Shown here piece by piece: positions 10,203-18,925 of a stretch of DNA of 64,000 bases. Source of the DNA: a virus. The translations under genes were made by a program, and so were the position numbers. The stretch covers positions 1 to 64,000 of the IMG/VR virus record IMGVR_UViG_3300032242_001916; one strand, given 5' to 3'. Under the pieces are notes generated by a model that was not told the DNA's origin, did no database searches, and saw only the letters and a list, made by a program, of their open reading frames with translations. Position 1 is the stretch's first letter. Every line of letters starts with the position of its first letter.

Positions 10203-10784
10203 GTGGGCATTCCAATTATTGGGCAAGGAAATCGGCCTCCTGCCGATCAGGGCACTGTCACTGAGATCAAAGACAATGGCCCTAAAATTCGCATACTTTA
10301 TTGCTGGAATTGTAAAACTATTGAAGAACTTCCAGACTTTGAAGGAAATCCAGATGATGACGTCCTTCTCTCTATAATCATAGAGCCTCACCAGAGCGCA
10401 GGTGTTGCGCATGCCGGTACTTTATTTAAGATCGGCCTAAAGATCTGGGAAAATACTAAGTACCGTGAGCAAATTATTGATCAGATGCGTGACCAAGTTG
10501 GTGGAGGTCTTGACAACCTAGATAAAGGTTACTATGAGACTCGCGCTACTTTCCACGAAGATGCTATGGCATGCTACAGCCGTCACCTTCGCCCAACAGA
10601 TAGCTGCCCAGACTACGCAAGTGAAGGCAAGCGTCTAATCCCTAAGACTGACGAGCTTCGCAAAGATGCCGGTCTCGTTTCAGCAAGCAAATCTCAAAGC
10701 ACACGGGTTTACCTGTGTGATTTTTGTCCAGTTAAATCACTAGTAATGACAAAGCAGCGCAGTGCTGCTGGCATGTATAAATAG
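10203..10784 (+). CDS. Zn-binding hypothetical protein
   Basis: CWNC, YLCDFCP; AGGAG RBS. Confidence 0.75.
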   Translation: MGIPIIGQGNRPPADQGTVTEIKDNGPKIRILYCWNCKTIEELPDFEGNPDDDVLLSIIIEPHQSAGVAHAGTLFKIGLKIWENTKYREQIIDQMRDQVGGGLDNLDKGYYETRATFHEDAMACYSRHLRPTDSCPDYASEGKRLIPKTDELRKDAGLVSASKSQSTRVYLCDFCPVKSLVMTKQRSAAGMYK

Positions 10785-10794
10785 AAGGAAAATA

Positions 10795-11082
10795 ATGTCA
10801 GACGAAACAGTAGAAGAAACACCGGCCGTTGAAGTTGAAACCGCTTCAGAACCAGATTTAGTTGCAGCATTTGTTGTAGCAATTGGTAAGGATAGTCGAG
10901 TTTACTTAGAGCGTAATACCGAAGCAACCACCCTTAAAGTAGAGCGTGAAGCTTCTTTGATCGAAGTTCGCCGCTATCTTTCAGAGATCTTAATGGATCT
11001 ACAAGCACAGGCAGCTGGGGAATATACCATAACAGCCTTGATGGCAGCACAGTCTGCTAACGCACCACAAGAAGAAAATTAA
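10795..11082 (+). CDS. hypothetical protein
   Basis: AAGGA RBS before ATG 10795. Confidence 0.7.
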   Translation: MSDETVEETPAVEVETASEPDLVAAFVVAIGKDSRVYLERNTEATTLKVEREASLIEVRRYLSEILMDLQAQAAGEYTITALMAAQSANAPQEEN

Positions 11083-11113
11083 ACTACGCCGATCGTTAGG
11101 AAAGGATGCAAAA

Positions 11114-11338
11114 ATGTATGTAGAAATGGTATGTGTGTGCACTGCTAGCTTCAGCATAGATTCAGACGAGGATAATTACGAACCCGTCTGGCATTTGACC
11201 TATCGATTTGCAAACGCTCACGTAAATTGTGGGTATCTAACTCCTGGGGTATCCCCAGAGTCAGAAGAAGAAAAGTCATTAGAAAAACGCATAGCGCGTA
11301 AAAATAAAGTTGATAACGAGACGGAGCTAGGAGAATAG
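11114..11338 (+). CDS. hypothetical protein
   Basis: AAGGA RBS; CxC...HxxCG. Confidence 0.65.
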   Translation: MYVEMVCVCTASFSIDSDEDNYEPVWHLTYRFANAHVNCGYLTPGVSPESEEEKSLEKRIARKNKVDNETELGE

Positions 11339-12261
11339 TGTACCCAGATAACCCAAATGTATCTATAACTCCTAGCTCTACATCGTATTTTAGTGACCCA
11401 TCTTCCGGATTAGACCCCAAGTTGTTTGAAGGTAAACACCTTCGCTCTTGGGTAAGAAACAACATCTTAAGATTATTGTTTGATCATTTAGCCGTAATGT
11501 ATCAAGATCCTCACAAATGGGTCTTTGCTTGGCTTGCAGGGTCTGGCGTTTCATACCAATGGGAAAGTGAACGATTCCCAGGAGATTTGGACTGTCTTGT
11601 TGGCATTGATTACGTAGTTTTTCGCCGCTACAACTCTGATTATTCAGGGTTAAGTGATGACGAAATTGCCCACATGTTTAATGAGGATTTTTCTAAGAGC
11701 TTAATGCCCGAAACAGCTAACTGGGAAGGGTACGAGCTTACCTATTATGTAAACTCTCAGACAAATATCATAGATATTAATCCTTACGCAGCTTACGACT
11801 TGATTGAGGATGAATGGACTGTAGAGCCAAGCGAAACTCAAAATCCACCTTACTCACGTATGTGGGAACAGCGGGCTACTAAAGATGTAGAGCTTGCAAC
11901 AGACTATGTCAAACGTTATCACGCGGCAGTTGAAGAGTATCGTAACTCGGTTAACAGCCCTGCTAGCTTGGTAAACGCAGAGCGTAAGTTACGTATGGTC
12001 ATAGATCAAGCATCAGAGTTTTATGATGATATTCATAAGAGCCGTAAGATTGCTTTTAGTAAGACTGGTGCAGGCTACGCAGACTTTGCTAATTATAGGT
12101 GGCAGGCTGGAAAGAAGGCTGGAATTGTCCAGGCTCTTCGACAGATTAAAGATTACCGTGATAAATCTCGTGGGTCATCAGAACTAGAAACGTACGGGGT
12201 AGAGTTGCCAGATGCTAACACATTAGTACGACGGGCTGCGGTACATAGGCGGGGAATATGA
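11338..12261 (+). CDS. Pol-beta superfamily nucleotidyltransferase
   Basis: hGS motif (LAGSGVSY), GDLD, third acid in ELTYY. Confidence 0.8.
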   Translation: MYPDNPNVSITPSSTSYFSDPSSGLDPKLFEGKHLRSWVRNNILRLLFDHLAVMYQDPHKWVFAWLAGSGVSYQWESERFPGDLDCLVGIDYVVFRRYNSDYSGLSDDEIAHMFNEDFSKSLMPETANWEGYELTYYVNSQTNIIDINPYAAYDLIEDEWTVEPSETQNPPYSRMWEQRATKDVELATDYVKRYHAAVEEYRNSVNSPASLVNAERKLRMVIDQASEFYDDIHKSRKIAFSKTGAGYADFANYRWQAGKKAGIVQALRQIKDYRDKSRGSSELETYGVELPDANTLVRRAAVHRRGI

Positions 12262-12728
12262 CAGCTTTGATGTCAGTAGAGGGCGTCCTAAGAAACGAAC
12301 TAGGCGAGCCTATTCAAGAAGGTTTTAAATTATTTAGAACCCTTGTAGTTGCATACAGAGTAGTTTTATCATCTACCATGAATGCTCAAGAGTTAGAGCA
12401 CTTTGTTAAAAGAAACTACCTGTTTGACTATGGTAACCTGCTTAGCTCAGAGGATTTTTACGAAGGTCAACCACTAAGAATGCGCCACTTAGACTTGTCA
12501 CGTCAAGAGGGTAAATTGGAGTTATTCATTGACTCAGACCCTGATATGTGCGCACAAGCACTTGCTCAAAGTGTCCCAGCTATATTATTCACAACCCCTA
12601 AATATTTTCAAGCTCACAGGCATATAAAGCCTTGGGATGTAATTACTGAAGAGCAGCAGCGGCAGAAAGAACTGGTTGCTGAAAAATATGTTCAATATAT
12701 AAATGGGGAAGGAAAAAGATGGGAATGA
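12258..12728 (+). CDS. HAD-fold (PNK-phosphatase-like) protein with degenerate motif I
   Basis: MSVEGVL in place of DxDGVL; LSS; FIDSD. Confidence 0.6.
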   Translation: MTALMSVEGVLRNELGEPIQEGFKLFRTLVVAYRVVLSSTMNAQELEHFVKRNYLFDYGNLLSSEDFYEGQPLRMRHLDLSRQEGKLELFIDSDPDMCAQALAQSVPAILFTTPKYFQAHRHIKPWDVITEEQQRQKELVAEKYVQYINGEGKRWE

Positions 12729-12882
12729 GTAAAGGTCCATTAGGTTTTTCGCCAAGTAATGATGATGATATCAACTATGATGAGAACTGGGTTGAAGGGG
12801 AATCTATAGTCCCTTTGTATATCCAGGATATACCGGATCGCAGCGATGATGACTTAAGTGAAGGCTATGCTGAGGATATTTA

Positions 12883-14385
12883 ATGAAAATTGTATACCTC
12901 GGTGGAGAGGTTCCTTCACACCGAGAACTTCTTACTAAATCTGGTGCTAAAGCTATAGGTGTCAATTACTGGGCCCTAAAACGACGTGGCTTACCAAAAA
13001 CCAAAGACTACATATTAGCAGAAAGATTTGACCCTACCGTAAAAATCTATGTAGATAGTGGGTCTGTTGCAGCTGCTAAATCTACTTTGTCCCGTATTGA
13101 GCTCGAAGAGTTTTGCGAAGAGTATCAAGACTGGGTATCTCTCAATGAGCCTAGAATTGCTGGAGCAACAGAGTTTGTTCACCCTGGCTTAGGACCAACC
13201 TGGGTTAAGACGCAGCGCAAAGACTTCTGGGCTTATACAGAAGAAGGCTTGTTCATGCCTGTGTGGCAAGGTGGACATATAGACTTAGTAGACCTAGTAA
13301 AGAACTACGATAATGTGGCTGTACCTGGCCACGTAATTGAAGAAGACAAAGCACTTGCTGCAAAAGTACGTGCCCTCAGTCACCAGTTCGATTTTAACTT
13401 ACACGGGCTGGCTTGTGCCAAGCCAGATAACCTACGCCAAGTCCATCTCGCAACTGCCAGTACTCTCTCCTGGTTGTCTCCCATGATGCGAGGAGAGACT
13501 ATTGTGTGGGATGGCACAAAGCTTATGAGATACCCCAAGAAAATGAAGGATCAAGCTCGTCCTAGGTATAAAAGGATTATTGAAGATGCTGGGTTAGACT
13601 TTAATAAGATACTTAATGATGACCCTAATGAAGTTACCAAACTAGCAATATGGTCTTACATACAATTGGAGAACACCTTGAACAACAACCCCTCAGACTA
13701 TGAATATTCAGATGAAGACTTTGACTCACTCCTATCTGATAACAGTGGTGACATAGATGACCCTGGTTCTGCGGAAACTGGGGGTAGCATACCTGATAAT
13801 AGCCTTGTTGAAGTGCGGAAAGAAATTACCGTTAGAGACTCTACAGAGGTCAGAACTTTACCTGTTTTTGGGGTAGAAAACCGCACTATAATCGACCGGG
13901 ATGAGAGTGGCAGAGACGTTATAAAAAACGTACCTGTGCTTAGTTCAAATACCCAATCTTTACGTCAATGCAATACCTGTTTTGTTGCATCAAACTGCCC
14001 TGCATTTAAGGCCGATAACTCCTGTGCATTCAACCTTCCAGTAGAGGTAAAAACCAAAGATCAGCTACGTGCATTACTTAATGCAATCATTGAAATGCAG
14101 GCACAAAGAGTAGCATTTGCAAGGTTTGCAGAGGAAATGAATGGCGGGTACCCTGACCCAAATACTGGCCAAGAAATCGACCGCTTATTTAAGGTAGTTG
14201 AACAGCTAAAGAAGCTGGAATCTAACAATGAATTTGTTAGAATGACTGTAGAGCGACAAACTAACGGGGGCATTCTAAGCAGCCTTTTTGGAGACAAAGC
14301 GGCCTCTTTAAAAGACCTTCCAAACGGTGGTTTGAAAGAGTCTGAGGTTACCGAAATTATCGTCGATGCAATAGAAGATAACTAG
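12883..14385 (+). CDS. TGT/DpdA-like TIM-barrel protein with C-terminal Cys4 domain
   Basis: KIYVDSG, FMPVW, LHGLA, STLSW; CNTC....CP......C. Confidence 0.55.
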   Translation: MKIVYLGGEVPSHRELLTKSGAKAIGVNYWALKRRGLPKTKDYILAERFDPTVKIYVDSGSVAAAKSTLSRIELEEFCEEYQDWVSLNEPRIAGATEFVHPGLGPTWVKTQRKDFWAYTEEGLFMPVWQGGHIDLVDLVKNYDNVAVPGHVIEEDKALAAKVRALSHQFDFNLHGLACAKPDNLRQVHLATASTLSWLSPMMRGETIVWDGTKLMRYPKKMKDQARPRYKRIIEDAGLDFNKILNDDPNEVTKLAIWSYIQLENTLNNNPSDYEYSDEDFDSLLSDNSGDIDDPGSAETGGSIPDNSLVEVRKEITVRDSTEVRTLPVFGVENRTIIDRDESGRDVIKNVPVLSSNTQSLRQCNTCFVASNCPAFKADNSCAFNLPVEVKTKDQLRALLNAIIEMQAQRVAFARFAEEMNGGYPDPNTGQEIDRLFKVVEQLKKLESNNEFVRMTVERQTNGGILSSLFGDKAASLKDLPNGGLKESEVTEIIVDAIEDN

Positions 14386-14437
14386 TAACTGTTACCTGAT
14401 AACAGCGTTCACATTACGTGAATTCGCTCTGTGTAAA

Positions 14438-14465
14438 TTGACACTATAAAAACTAATGGTAGTGT
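14438..14465 (+). promoter_or_regulatory. putative sigma70/SigA-type promoter for nrdJ
   Basis: TTGACA-16 nt-TAGTGT upstream of the AAGGAG RBS. Confidence 0.45.
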
Positions 14466-14496
14466 TATGTCTGTAACTAACTAAATAAGGAGAAAC

Positions 14497-16527
14497 ATGT
14501 TTTCTTTTCATCTCAATGATGAATTTGTAAGCTCGTACAATGACCGTCTAGTTCCATGGGGATATACGGATGCTGGTGGAAACTCAGTAGGTGAAATAAC
14601 GTTTATGCGTACCTACTCCCGTCTTAAAGAAGATGGCTCAAAGGAAACATGGGTAGACGTATGTCGCCGTGTTATTGAGGGTATGTACTCAATTCAGAAA
14701 GATCATTGCTGGACCAACCGCCTTCCTTGGAACGGAGTGCAGGCTCAGGCATCAGCCCAAGAAGCATTTGATCGTCTGTTCAATCTTAAGTGGACACCTC
14801 CAGGTCGTGGACTATGGATGATGGGTACTGAGTATGTAATGGAAAAGAAGAACTCCGCTGCACTACAAAACTGTGCGTTTGTTTCTACCGACTCAATGAC
14901 TAAGAGTAACCCGGCTAAGCCTTTCCGGTTCTTAATGGAAGCCTCTATGCTCGGAATCGGGGTAGGTTTCGATACTAAGGGCAAGGACAAGGGATTCACT
15001 GTACATAAGCCAACAGAAAAGACTTACGAGGTTAAGATTTCTGATACTCGTGAAGGTTGGCGTGATTCCACAGCAGACTTAATTAATTCATACTTAAAAG
15101 CTGACCTGCCAACTAGTGTATTTGATTATAGTGCTATTCGTGAAGCTGGCCTTCCAATCAAGGGATTTGGTGGAACGTCATCAGGCCCTGAACCTCTAAT
15201 CAAGCTGCACACTCAGTTAAGGGAACTCTTTGATTCTCGTATTGGTGAGCCAGTAGACTCTATTCTAATTACTGATATTGCTAATCTAATTGGTGTATGT
15301 GTTGTTTCCGGTAACGTACGTCGCTCAGCTGAGCTAGCTCTTGGCCAGCCAGATGACGTCGATTTTATTAATGCTAAGAATGCAGAAGCATTTCCTGTGC
15401 GTAACTCTTACGACCCGGAGAAGCCGGGCTGGGGTTGGATGTCTAACAATTCGCTAGAAGCAACCGTGGGTATGGATTACACGCCATTTGTAGAGAACAT
15501 TGCGCTAAACGGTGAGCCAGGATTCATTTGGTTAGACGTGTCTCGTAAGTATGGGCGTCTGAATGACCCAATCAATAACAAGGACTACCGTGTCTCCGGA
15601 TACAACCCTTGTGCAGAACAAAGCCTTGAGTCATTTGAGTGCTGTACTCTGGTTGAAACTTACATCAACCGTCACGAATCATTAGAGGACTACAAGCGTA
15701 CGCTTAAGTTTGCGTACTTGTACGCCAAGACTGTAACCCTGATCCCAACGCACTGGGAAGAAACTAATGCAATCATGCAGCGTAATCGCCGCATTGGCTG
15801 CTCGGTATCAGGCCTTGCAGCGTTTGCAGACGTAAAGGGTCTACCGGTGTTGCGTGAGTGGTTAGATAAGGGGTATGAGACTGTCCAGAAGTGGGACACA
15901 ATGTATTCTGAGTGGTTATGTGTACGGGAGTCAGTAAAGACTACAACCGTAAAGCCATCGGGAACGGTGTCAATCCTTGCTGGAGAGACTCCTGGTGTTC
16001 ACTGGCCGGTGGGTGGAGAGTATGTTCTACGCTCTATTCGATTCTCTAAGATAGACCCAATGGTTCCACTATTTGAAAAGGCGGGGTATCTTATTGAGGA
16101 TTCAATCACTGACCCAGACAACACTGTAGTAGTGTATTTCCCAATTAAATCGGTACCTGTGCGTCCGGAGGGTCAGGTCTCTATCTTTGAGAAGGCTAAC
16201 CTGGCCGCCTTTGCTCAGCAATACTGGTCAGACAACTCGGTGTCAGTAACGCTCAGCTTTGATAAAGAGACTGAGTCAAAGCATGTGGGCACTATTTTAC
16301 ACATGTACGAAGGCCGGTTGAAGACGGTATCATTCTTGCCACAAGGTAAAGATGTATACCCACAGCAGCCGTACACCGAAATCTCAAAGGATGAGTACGA
16401 CGCTTACATCGGTAAGTTAAAGCGTATTAGCCTAAGGACAGTCTACAACAGCAAGTCTGCGGTGGACGCGGTGGGCGAGGCCTACTGCACAACGGACGCT
16501 TGTGAGATTCCGGTGCCTGCAAAATAG
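14497..16527 (+). CDS. nrdJ: class II (B12-dependent) ribonucleoside-triphosphate reductase
   Basis: RTYSR, PPGRGLW, NCAF, GNVRRSAEL, NPCAEQ, TTVKPSGT, C-terminal CTTDAC. Confidence 0.95.
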   Translation: MFSFHLNDEFVSSYNDRLVPWGYTDAGGNSVGEITFMRTYSRLKEDGSKETWVDVCRRVIEGMYSIQKDHCWTNRLPWNGVQAQASAQEAFDRLFNLKWTPPGRGLWMMGTEYVMEKKNSAALQNCAFVSTDSMTKSNPAKPFRFLMEASMLGIGVGFDTKGKDKGFTVHKPTEKTYEVKISDTREGWRDSTADLINSYLKADLPTSVFDYSAIREAGLPIKGFGGTSSGPEPLIKLHTQLRELFDSRIGEPVDSILITDIANLIGVCVVSGNVRRSAELALGQPDDVDFINAKNAEAFPVRNSYDPEKPGWGWMSNNSLEATVGMDYTPFVENIALNGEPGFIWLDVSRKYGRLNDPINNKDYRVSGYNPCAEQSLESFECCTLVETYINRHESLEDYKRTLKFAYLYAKTVTLIPTHWEETNAIMQRNRRIGCSVSGLAAFADVKGLPVLREWLDKGYETVQKWDTMYSEWLCVRESVKTTTVKPSGTVSILAGETPGVHWPVGGEYVLRSIRFSKIDPMVPLFEKAGYLIEDSITDPDNTVVVYFPIKSVPVRPEGQVSIFEKANLAAFAQQYWSDNSVSVTLSFDKETESKHVGTILHMYEGRLKTVSFLPQGKDVYPQQPYTEISKDEYDAYIGKLKRISLRTVYNSKSAVDAVGEAYCTTDACEIPVPAK

Positions 16528-16591
16528 CCAACACAAACAAACCCCTTTGTTAGGGGTCAAATCAGGCCTAGAAAAAAAAGCCAACACAAAC

Positions 16592-16631
16592 AAAGTAACC
16601 CCCCAGCTAAATTAGCTGGGGGGTTACTTTA
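16592..16631. terminator. bidirectional terminator at the convergence of the rightward and leftward blocks
   Basis: AAAGTAACCCCCCAGCTA-AAT-TAGCTGGGGGGTTACTTT perfect inverted repeat. Confidence 0.9.
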
Positions 16632-16792
16632 TTGTATTAAGATGGGTTAATCTCTTTGACTATCCCATTATCCATTTGCTCACCAATTACAGCTTCCATG
16701 TAATTGTCACAGTCATGGCAATAGCCACCCCACTGATCTGTAGTGGGTTGGCTACATAGACTGCAGCTAATGTGTTCAGCCATAGTATCCTC

Positions 16793-17224
16793 CTAAGTTA
16801 CTGGCCATACATAAGGCAGGTTGTCTGTTACATCCCAGTTGTACTGGCCGTAAAAGACAGGGTCCTTACGCAATAGATTTGATTGATGTGATTCGTGTAC
16901 TGCATTGACACCAAACCAAGGTGGCAGTGTTTCTGTAACTCCGGCAACAAGGAACTGTGTTTGTAAGTCTACAATCTGTATTAGACAGTTATCTTTGTAG
17001 CCTCTGTTTGTCCACTCGGTACAGATAAACATGCCGTAGTCTGCCAGCGCAACCTCGTAACCCCGCCACATTACTGCAGCGGGGTGGTTGCGCCAGCCTT
17101 TGGTCATACCCATGTTAGCTTTGAGCAGTTGTATTACTTCTACTCGTTGCTTACCTAGGCGTTGCCGGTCTAGTATCTTAGCTGATTCTCTAAGATCAGC
17201 TACTGGCAGAAACGTGTTCACCAT
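16793..17224 (-). CDS. MSMEG_6728-family pyrimidine-dimer DNA glycosylase (DenV/endonuclease V-like)
   Basis: NTFLP...LD..RLGKQRVE...HPA..MWRG...PPW.G...H.SHQSNLLRKDP..Y. Confidence 0.85.
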   Translation of the reverse strand: MVNTFLPVADLRESAKILDRQRLGKQRVEVIQLLKANMGMTKGWRNHPAAVMWRGYEVALADYGMFICTEWTNRGYKDNCLIQIVDLQTQFLVAGVTETLPPWFGVNAVHESHQSNLLRKDPVFYGQYNWDVTDNLPYVWPVT

Positions 17225-17414
17225 GTGTGGTGTCACCTAATCCGCTTTTAGCCATTTCAATGATCTTACCTAACGCATCTACTGAAATTACAGCAGTGCC
17301 TTGGAAGTCAACGGCAACTTGTTCACAGTGTTGGTACACTAGGTCAAGGATAGAGTCGGTAAGTTCATTAGCACTTTGCATAATGTTCTTAACTAATTCC
17401 TCTTTGCTATCCAT
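17196..17414 (-). CDS. hypothetical protein
   Basis: AAGGAG RBS. Confidence 0.6.
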   Translation of the reverse strand: MDSKEELVKNIMQSANELTDSILDLVYQHCEQVAVDFQGTAVISVDALGKIIEMAKSGLGDTTHGEHVSASS

Positions 17415-17697
17415 GTGTTATCTCCTTTTTCTTTTGGTTGGTGCCCTTGAGGGCTGACACGTCAAAGCCTACTTGGCGTAGTGACATGTACATGTTTTGA
17501 CGCTGGCGACCATTGCCAGCTGGGGTTGATGGTATAGATATCTGTCGTCCGTCTTGAGGATTACGGACTTTGATATGCTTATTACCTTTCTTACTTACTT
17601 CAAAGCCAGCCTGTTCTAACTCACGAACAATCCGGCGTATCTCTTTGTCTGGAGATACCATTGCTAGTGCAAAGTATTTCCAATTGGTTTTAGGCAT
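17407..17697 (-). CDS. HicA-like dsRBD-fold protein
   Basis: KEIRRIVRELEQAGFEV...G.KHIKV.NP...ISIPSTP. Confidence 0.7.
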   Translation of the reverse strand: MPKTNWKYFALAMVSPDKEIRRIVRELEQAGFEVSKKGNKHIKVRNPQDGRQISIPSTPAGNGRQRQNMYMSLRQVGFDVSALKGTNQKKKEITHG

Positions 17698-17950
17698 TAT
17701 GCATTTATCTCCACTTCTTCACCAATTAGTTCTATGTTGTCATCTTCCCACTCGATGATAGAAGTTTTTGGGTGTTCATTCCACAGCTTCATTGCTTCTC
17801 CAGGTGTCTCAGCTGTTACTAAGTAGCTGATGATCTGTGTTATTTCGTATTGCATTATTCCTCCTCATTGCATTTGCTGCAAGGTTCATTTAGTTCTGGT
17901 GTCTCACTTTGATAGCAGACACCACATATATAACTAATCATTTGTCTCCT

Positions 17951-18073
17951 TATAAAAGATAAGTGGCAAAGCTCGTACAGAAATAAGACTTGTCACCAAA
18001 TCTACGGCCAGCGCATTACGTTTTGATAAAAGTTTTAAACTTATTTGTACGCAGCTTTGCCACCTACATTTAT
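17951..18073 (-). ncRNA. rod-like structured RNA candidate
   Basis: long imperfect inverted repeat AGTGGCAAAGCTCGTACAGAAATAAG / CTTATTTGTACGCAGCTTTGCCACC, intergenic. Confidence 0.55.
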
Positions 18074-18161
18074 TGCTAAAAGAAGAGTAAAGTCAGACGG
18101 AAATAAAGTTACTAGTGAGCACGCTCTCGTTTGCCCATATTCGCCTGTACCATACTCTTCG

Positions 18162-18234
18162 TACCCTCGGCTGGATTCGAACCAGCGACACGCAGGGTAG
18201 AAACCTGCTGCTCTATCCCCTGAGCTACGAGGGC
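18162..18234 (-). tRNA. tRNA-Arg(UCU)
   Basis: full cloverleaf GCCCTCG..TAGCTCAG..GCAGG-TTTCTAC-CCTGC..GGTTCGAATCC; no encoded CCA. Confidence 0.9.
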
Positions 18235-18235
18235 T

Positions 18236-18379
18236 GGATAACAACAGAGTTATCTGCAGTTACCCCTCCATTGTGACAAGTAATCACAAGTCATTTGCGC
18301 GGTAGATTATTAAGTTATGGGGGAGTCATACCTTAGGTCATATAGACTTAAAGTATACCTCAGTGGTAAGTAGTTATCC
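18236..18379 (-). ncRNA. stem-closed structured RNA candidate abutting the 5' end of tRNA-Arg
   Basis: GGATAAC/GTTATCC closing stem, internal hairpins, no ORF. Confidence 0.4.
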
Positions 18380-18382
18380 CCT

Positions 18383-18430
18383 AACAGGTAGGGCCCTAGG
18401 ACAACCGTGCAATCCTAGGGCCTTACTGTT
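18383..18430 (-). terminator. strong hairpin (terminator or processing stem)
   Basis: GGCCCTAGGA/TCCTAGGGCC extended stem. Confidence 0.55.
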
Positions 18431-18616
18431 CTAGTTTAGAAACCGTAGCTTTGGATTAAAAGACTGCTCGCCATATCGATCTAGGTCTACATCAAATATG
18501 AGAGCACCTGTCTTTATATCCAGTAACGCTACGTTCCAGTTACTAGTGTCGGTTAGGTCTATGTCCCTATCATCATCAATGTATAAGAGCATAGTCATCC
18601 TTACCTTTTTTATCAT
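18431..18616 (-). CDS. hypothetical protein
   Basis: GGAGG RBS. Confidence 0.65.
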   Translation of the reverse strand: MIKKVRMTMLLYIDDDRDIDLTDTSNWNVALLDIKTGALIFDVDLDRYGEQSFNPKLRFLN

Positions 18617-18736
18617 ATATCCCCTCCTCGTGGGGCTTTCTATTGTGAGTAGCGTATATCACACTGACTACAATAGAAACTTTGATCGCCCTCTGTACTG
18701 GTCGCTGGCTGCGACCCGCACCTAGGGCATAAATAT

Positions 18737-18925
18737 CTACTCACTGTTTTTAGCTTTCGATTTCTTCATGTGGCAATCACACGTACAGTTAGTAGGTGTG
18801 GTGTTGCCCTCCAATGACCAGAATGTTATGTGCACCCTGCATTGTTTGTGTTGGTCATCCAGGCACCAAGAGAACTTATGGTCCGAGGGAACCTTATAAG
18901 TCTCCGGCCTGATGGTCCTAGCCAT
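18737..18925 (-). CDS. small Cys/His protein
   Basis: WCLDDQHKQC...CTCDCH. Confidence 0.65.
   Translation of the reverse strand: MARTIRPETYKVPSDHKFSWCLDDQHKQCRVHITFWSLEGNTTPTNCTCDCHMKKSKAKNSE

Noticed and set aside
14497-16527. Intein or intron in nrdJ (also checked in terL)
   Set aside because: Lengths are normal and no splicing motifs are seen
18162-18234. Amber suppressor tRNA (CUA visible in the loop) and stop-codon recoding
   Set aside because: The 7-nt loop UUUCUAC places UCU at positions 34-36, and genes are intact under the standard code with TAG used as a stop
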